From NCBI RefSeq assembly GCF_009914755.1, contig NC_060925.1: a stretch of 64,000 bases of DNA; one strand, 5' to 3'. The notes under the pieces were generated by a model. The model was not told the origin of the DNA and ran no database searches. It worked only from the letters and a program-made list of their open reading frames with translations. A program made the position numbers and the translations under genes. This DNA is from the human T2T-CHM13v2.0 reference genome, Homo sapiens. Position 1 is the first letter of the stretch. Every line of letters begins with the position of its first letter. Below are positions 62,571 to 64,000 of this stretch, piece by piece.

Positions 62571-62999
62571 CTGGAAGTGAGAATTGTTTTTGTTTGTTTA
62601 TCTATTGTAGCAGAATGGGGAAATGGAGAGAGAACCTGAAAGAGCCCCAAACTCGAGGACCTATTGCTCCCCAAGAATAACATCTTCCAGAACTAGACAG
62701 AAAACTAGGCGTCTGGGAACCCTGAAATCCTTGGAGGAGTAGATCATCATGACCCTCTGTGTTCCTTTTGGCAAATGACTTGCTTCCATTGTTTGTTTGT
62801 TCAATTGTCTGTTTGTTAAATAAATAAAACCCTTTTTATGTATCTTTAAAATTACATTGGTTCTATTATTTTATGATTACAAACGATGCTGCAGTCATCA
62901 TTCTTGTACACTTCTCATTGGCCACTGGTGTATTTCTATAGGGTGGAGGCCTGGAGAGCAGTTGTTCCAGCATAGTGTTTACATAGCTTTTATTTAATT

Positions 63000-63500
63000 C
63001 CGTTTTCTTTCCTTTGTTGCTTTATTAGCTATAACCCTTCTCTTATTTCAGTGGCAGCTTTAGGGTTTCTGGGATACATCTTTAATTTATCACATTCTGC
63101 TTTCAAGTGTAATTATACCTCCCTTTCTGGCCTTTATCCTAGTGTTACGTATTTTTACTTTATGCATTATAAGTTTTGTGATTATCATTACCTTCATTTA
63201 TTATGTCAAATATTTTTAAAAAGATTTAAATTATAAGAAAATGTGTAGTACATGCTTTCTAAATGCCATTTCCAATATTTGTTTTTGTATAGGTCCAGAT
63301 TTTTATCTGGGATCCTTTTGCTTCTGCCTGGAGGACTCTTAAGATTTCTTGTAGCGTGGGTTGGTGAATTCTTTTAGTTTTTGTATGTTTTTCAATGTCC
63401 TTATTTCACTCACAGTTTTGAAATTTTATTTTTGCATAGAATTCTAGGTTAATTTTTTTCTCTAGTACTTTAAAAATGTTGCCATTTATGAAGCATTGCC
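63000..63500 (-). mobile_element. Degenerate old L1M fragment
   Basis: T-rich; ggtgaattcttttagtttttgtatg...tagaattctaggtt. Confidence 0.55.
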
Positions 63501-64000
63501 ATTTAAAGTATCATCTTTCATGTGCTTGTGAAAATGGCATAAAGCCGGTTTCTTGTGCTGGTTATGTAATTTTCAGAATGTGTATTTAAATTTAAAATAT
63601 TAAATTTTCCTAAAAAACTAAAAATATTAATCATGAATGTCCTAGATTCATCTTAAATTCCACCAACAGTGCACTTAAAATGTGCCCAACCTGAGGGTCA
63701 AACCTACCTGCTGACATGTAATTTGTGTTTGTGAGACATTCTCAACAGCATTTGCTTTCCCCAGCTGAGTGATCTTCCTCACATCTGAATGTCTTCAGTG
63801 CAAAAGGAAATGTTTTTCTTCGCAAAAATACTTTCAAATACTCTTACTTCAAGGAAGTGCATTAAAAACAAACTTCTCATTTGCATCCCTGGAATTCAAA
63901 GCCCTAATCAAGTGCTTCAGGATCAAGAGCTAAACAGGGGAGGACAAAGCGTGGCTTCTTCACTAGGAGTCAAGCCAAAGTCAACTGGTTTGATCGCCAA

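Overview
Primate, almost certainly human, genomic DNA that looks like a mosaic segmental duplication. About 1-42970 is AT-rich and carries a CpG island with the first two coding exons of a PARP8-like gene. These differ from PARP8 as I recall it by E8D and an in-frame loss of K25, and no later PARP8 exons follow, so this is a 5' partial duplicate. From recollection it resembles the chr1 LINC00623/LINC00869/LINC01138 loci, but I cannot tell which copy. About 43000-50600 is dense in Alus and LTRs. About 50600-64000 holds a strongly diverged variant U1 snRNA gene with intact DSE, PSE and 3' box, a ~400-bp inverted duplication upstream of it, two degenerate convergent tRNA-Asn(GTT) genes and a second CpG island. 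Most ORFs in the supplied track are Alu, L1 or GC-island artefacts. Best leads: (1) a (CCT)n tract that is both a poly-proline uORF and the polypyrimidine tract of an alternative acceptor; (2) a possible 95-aa PARP8-derived chimeric microprotein; (3) a U1 variant with a rewritten 5' splice-site recognition end. Repeat and gene names come from remembered consensus sequences, not database searches. Repeat boundaries are approximate.
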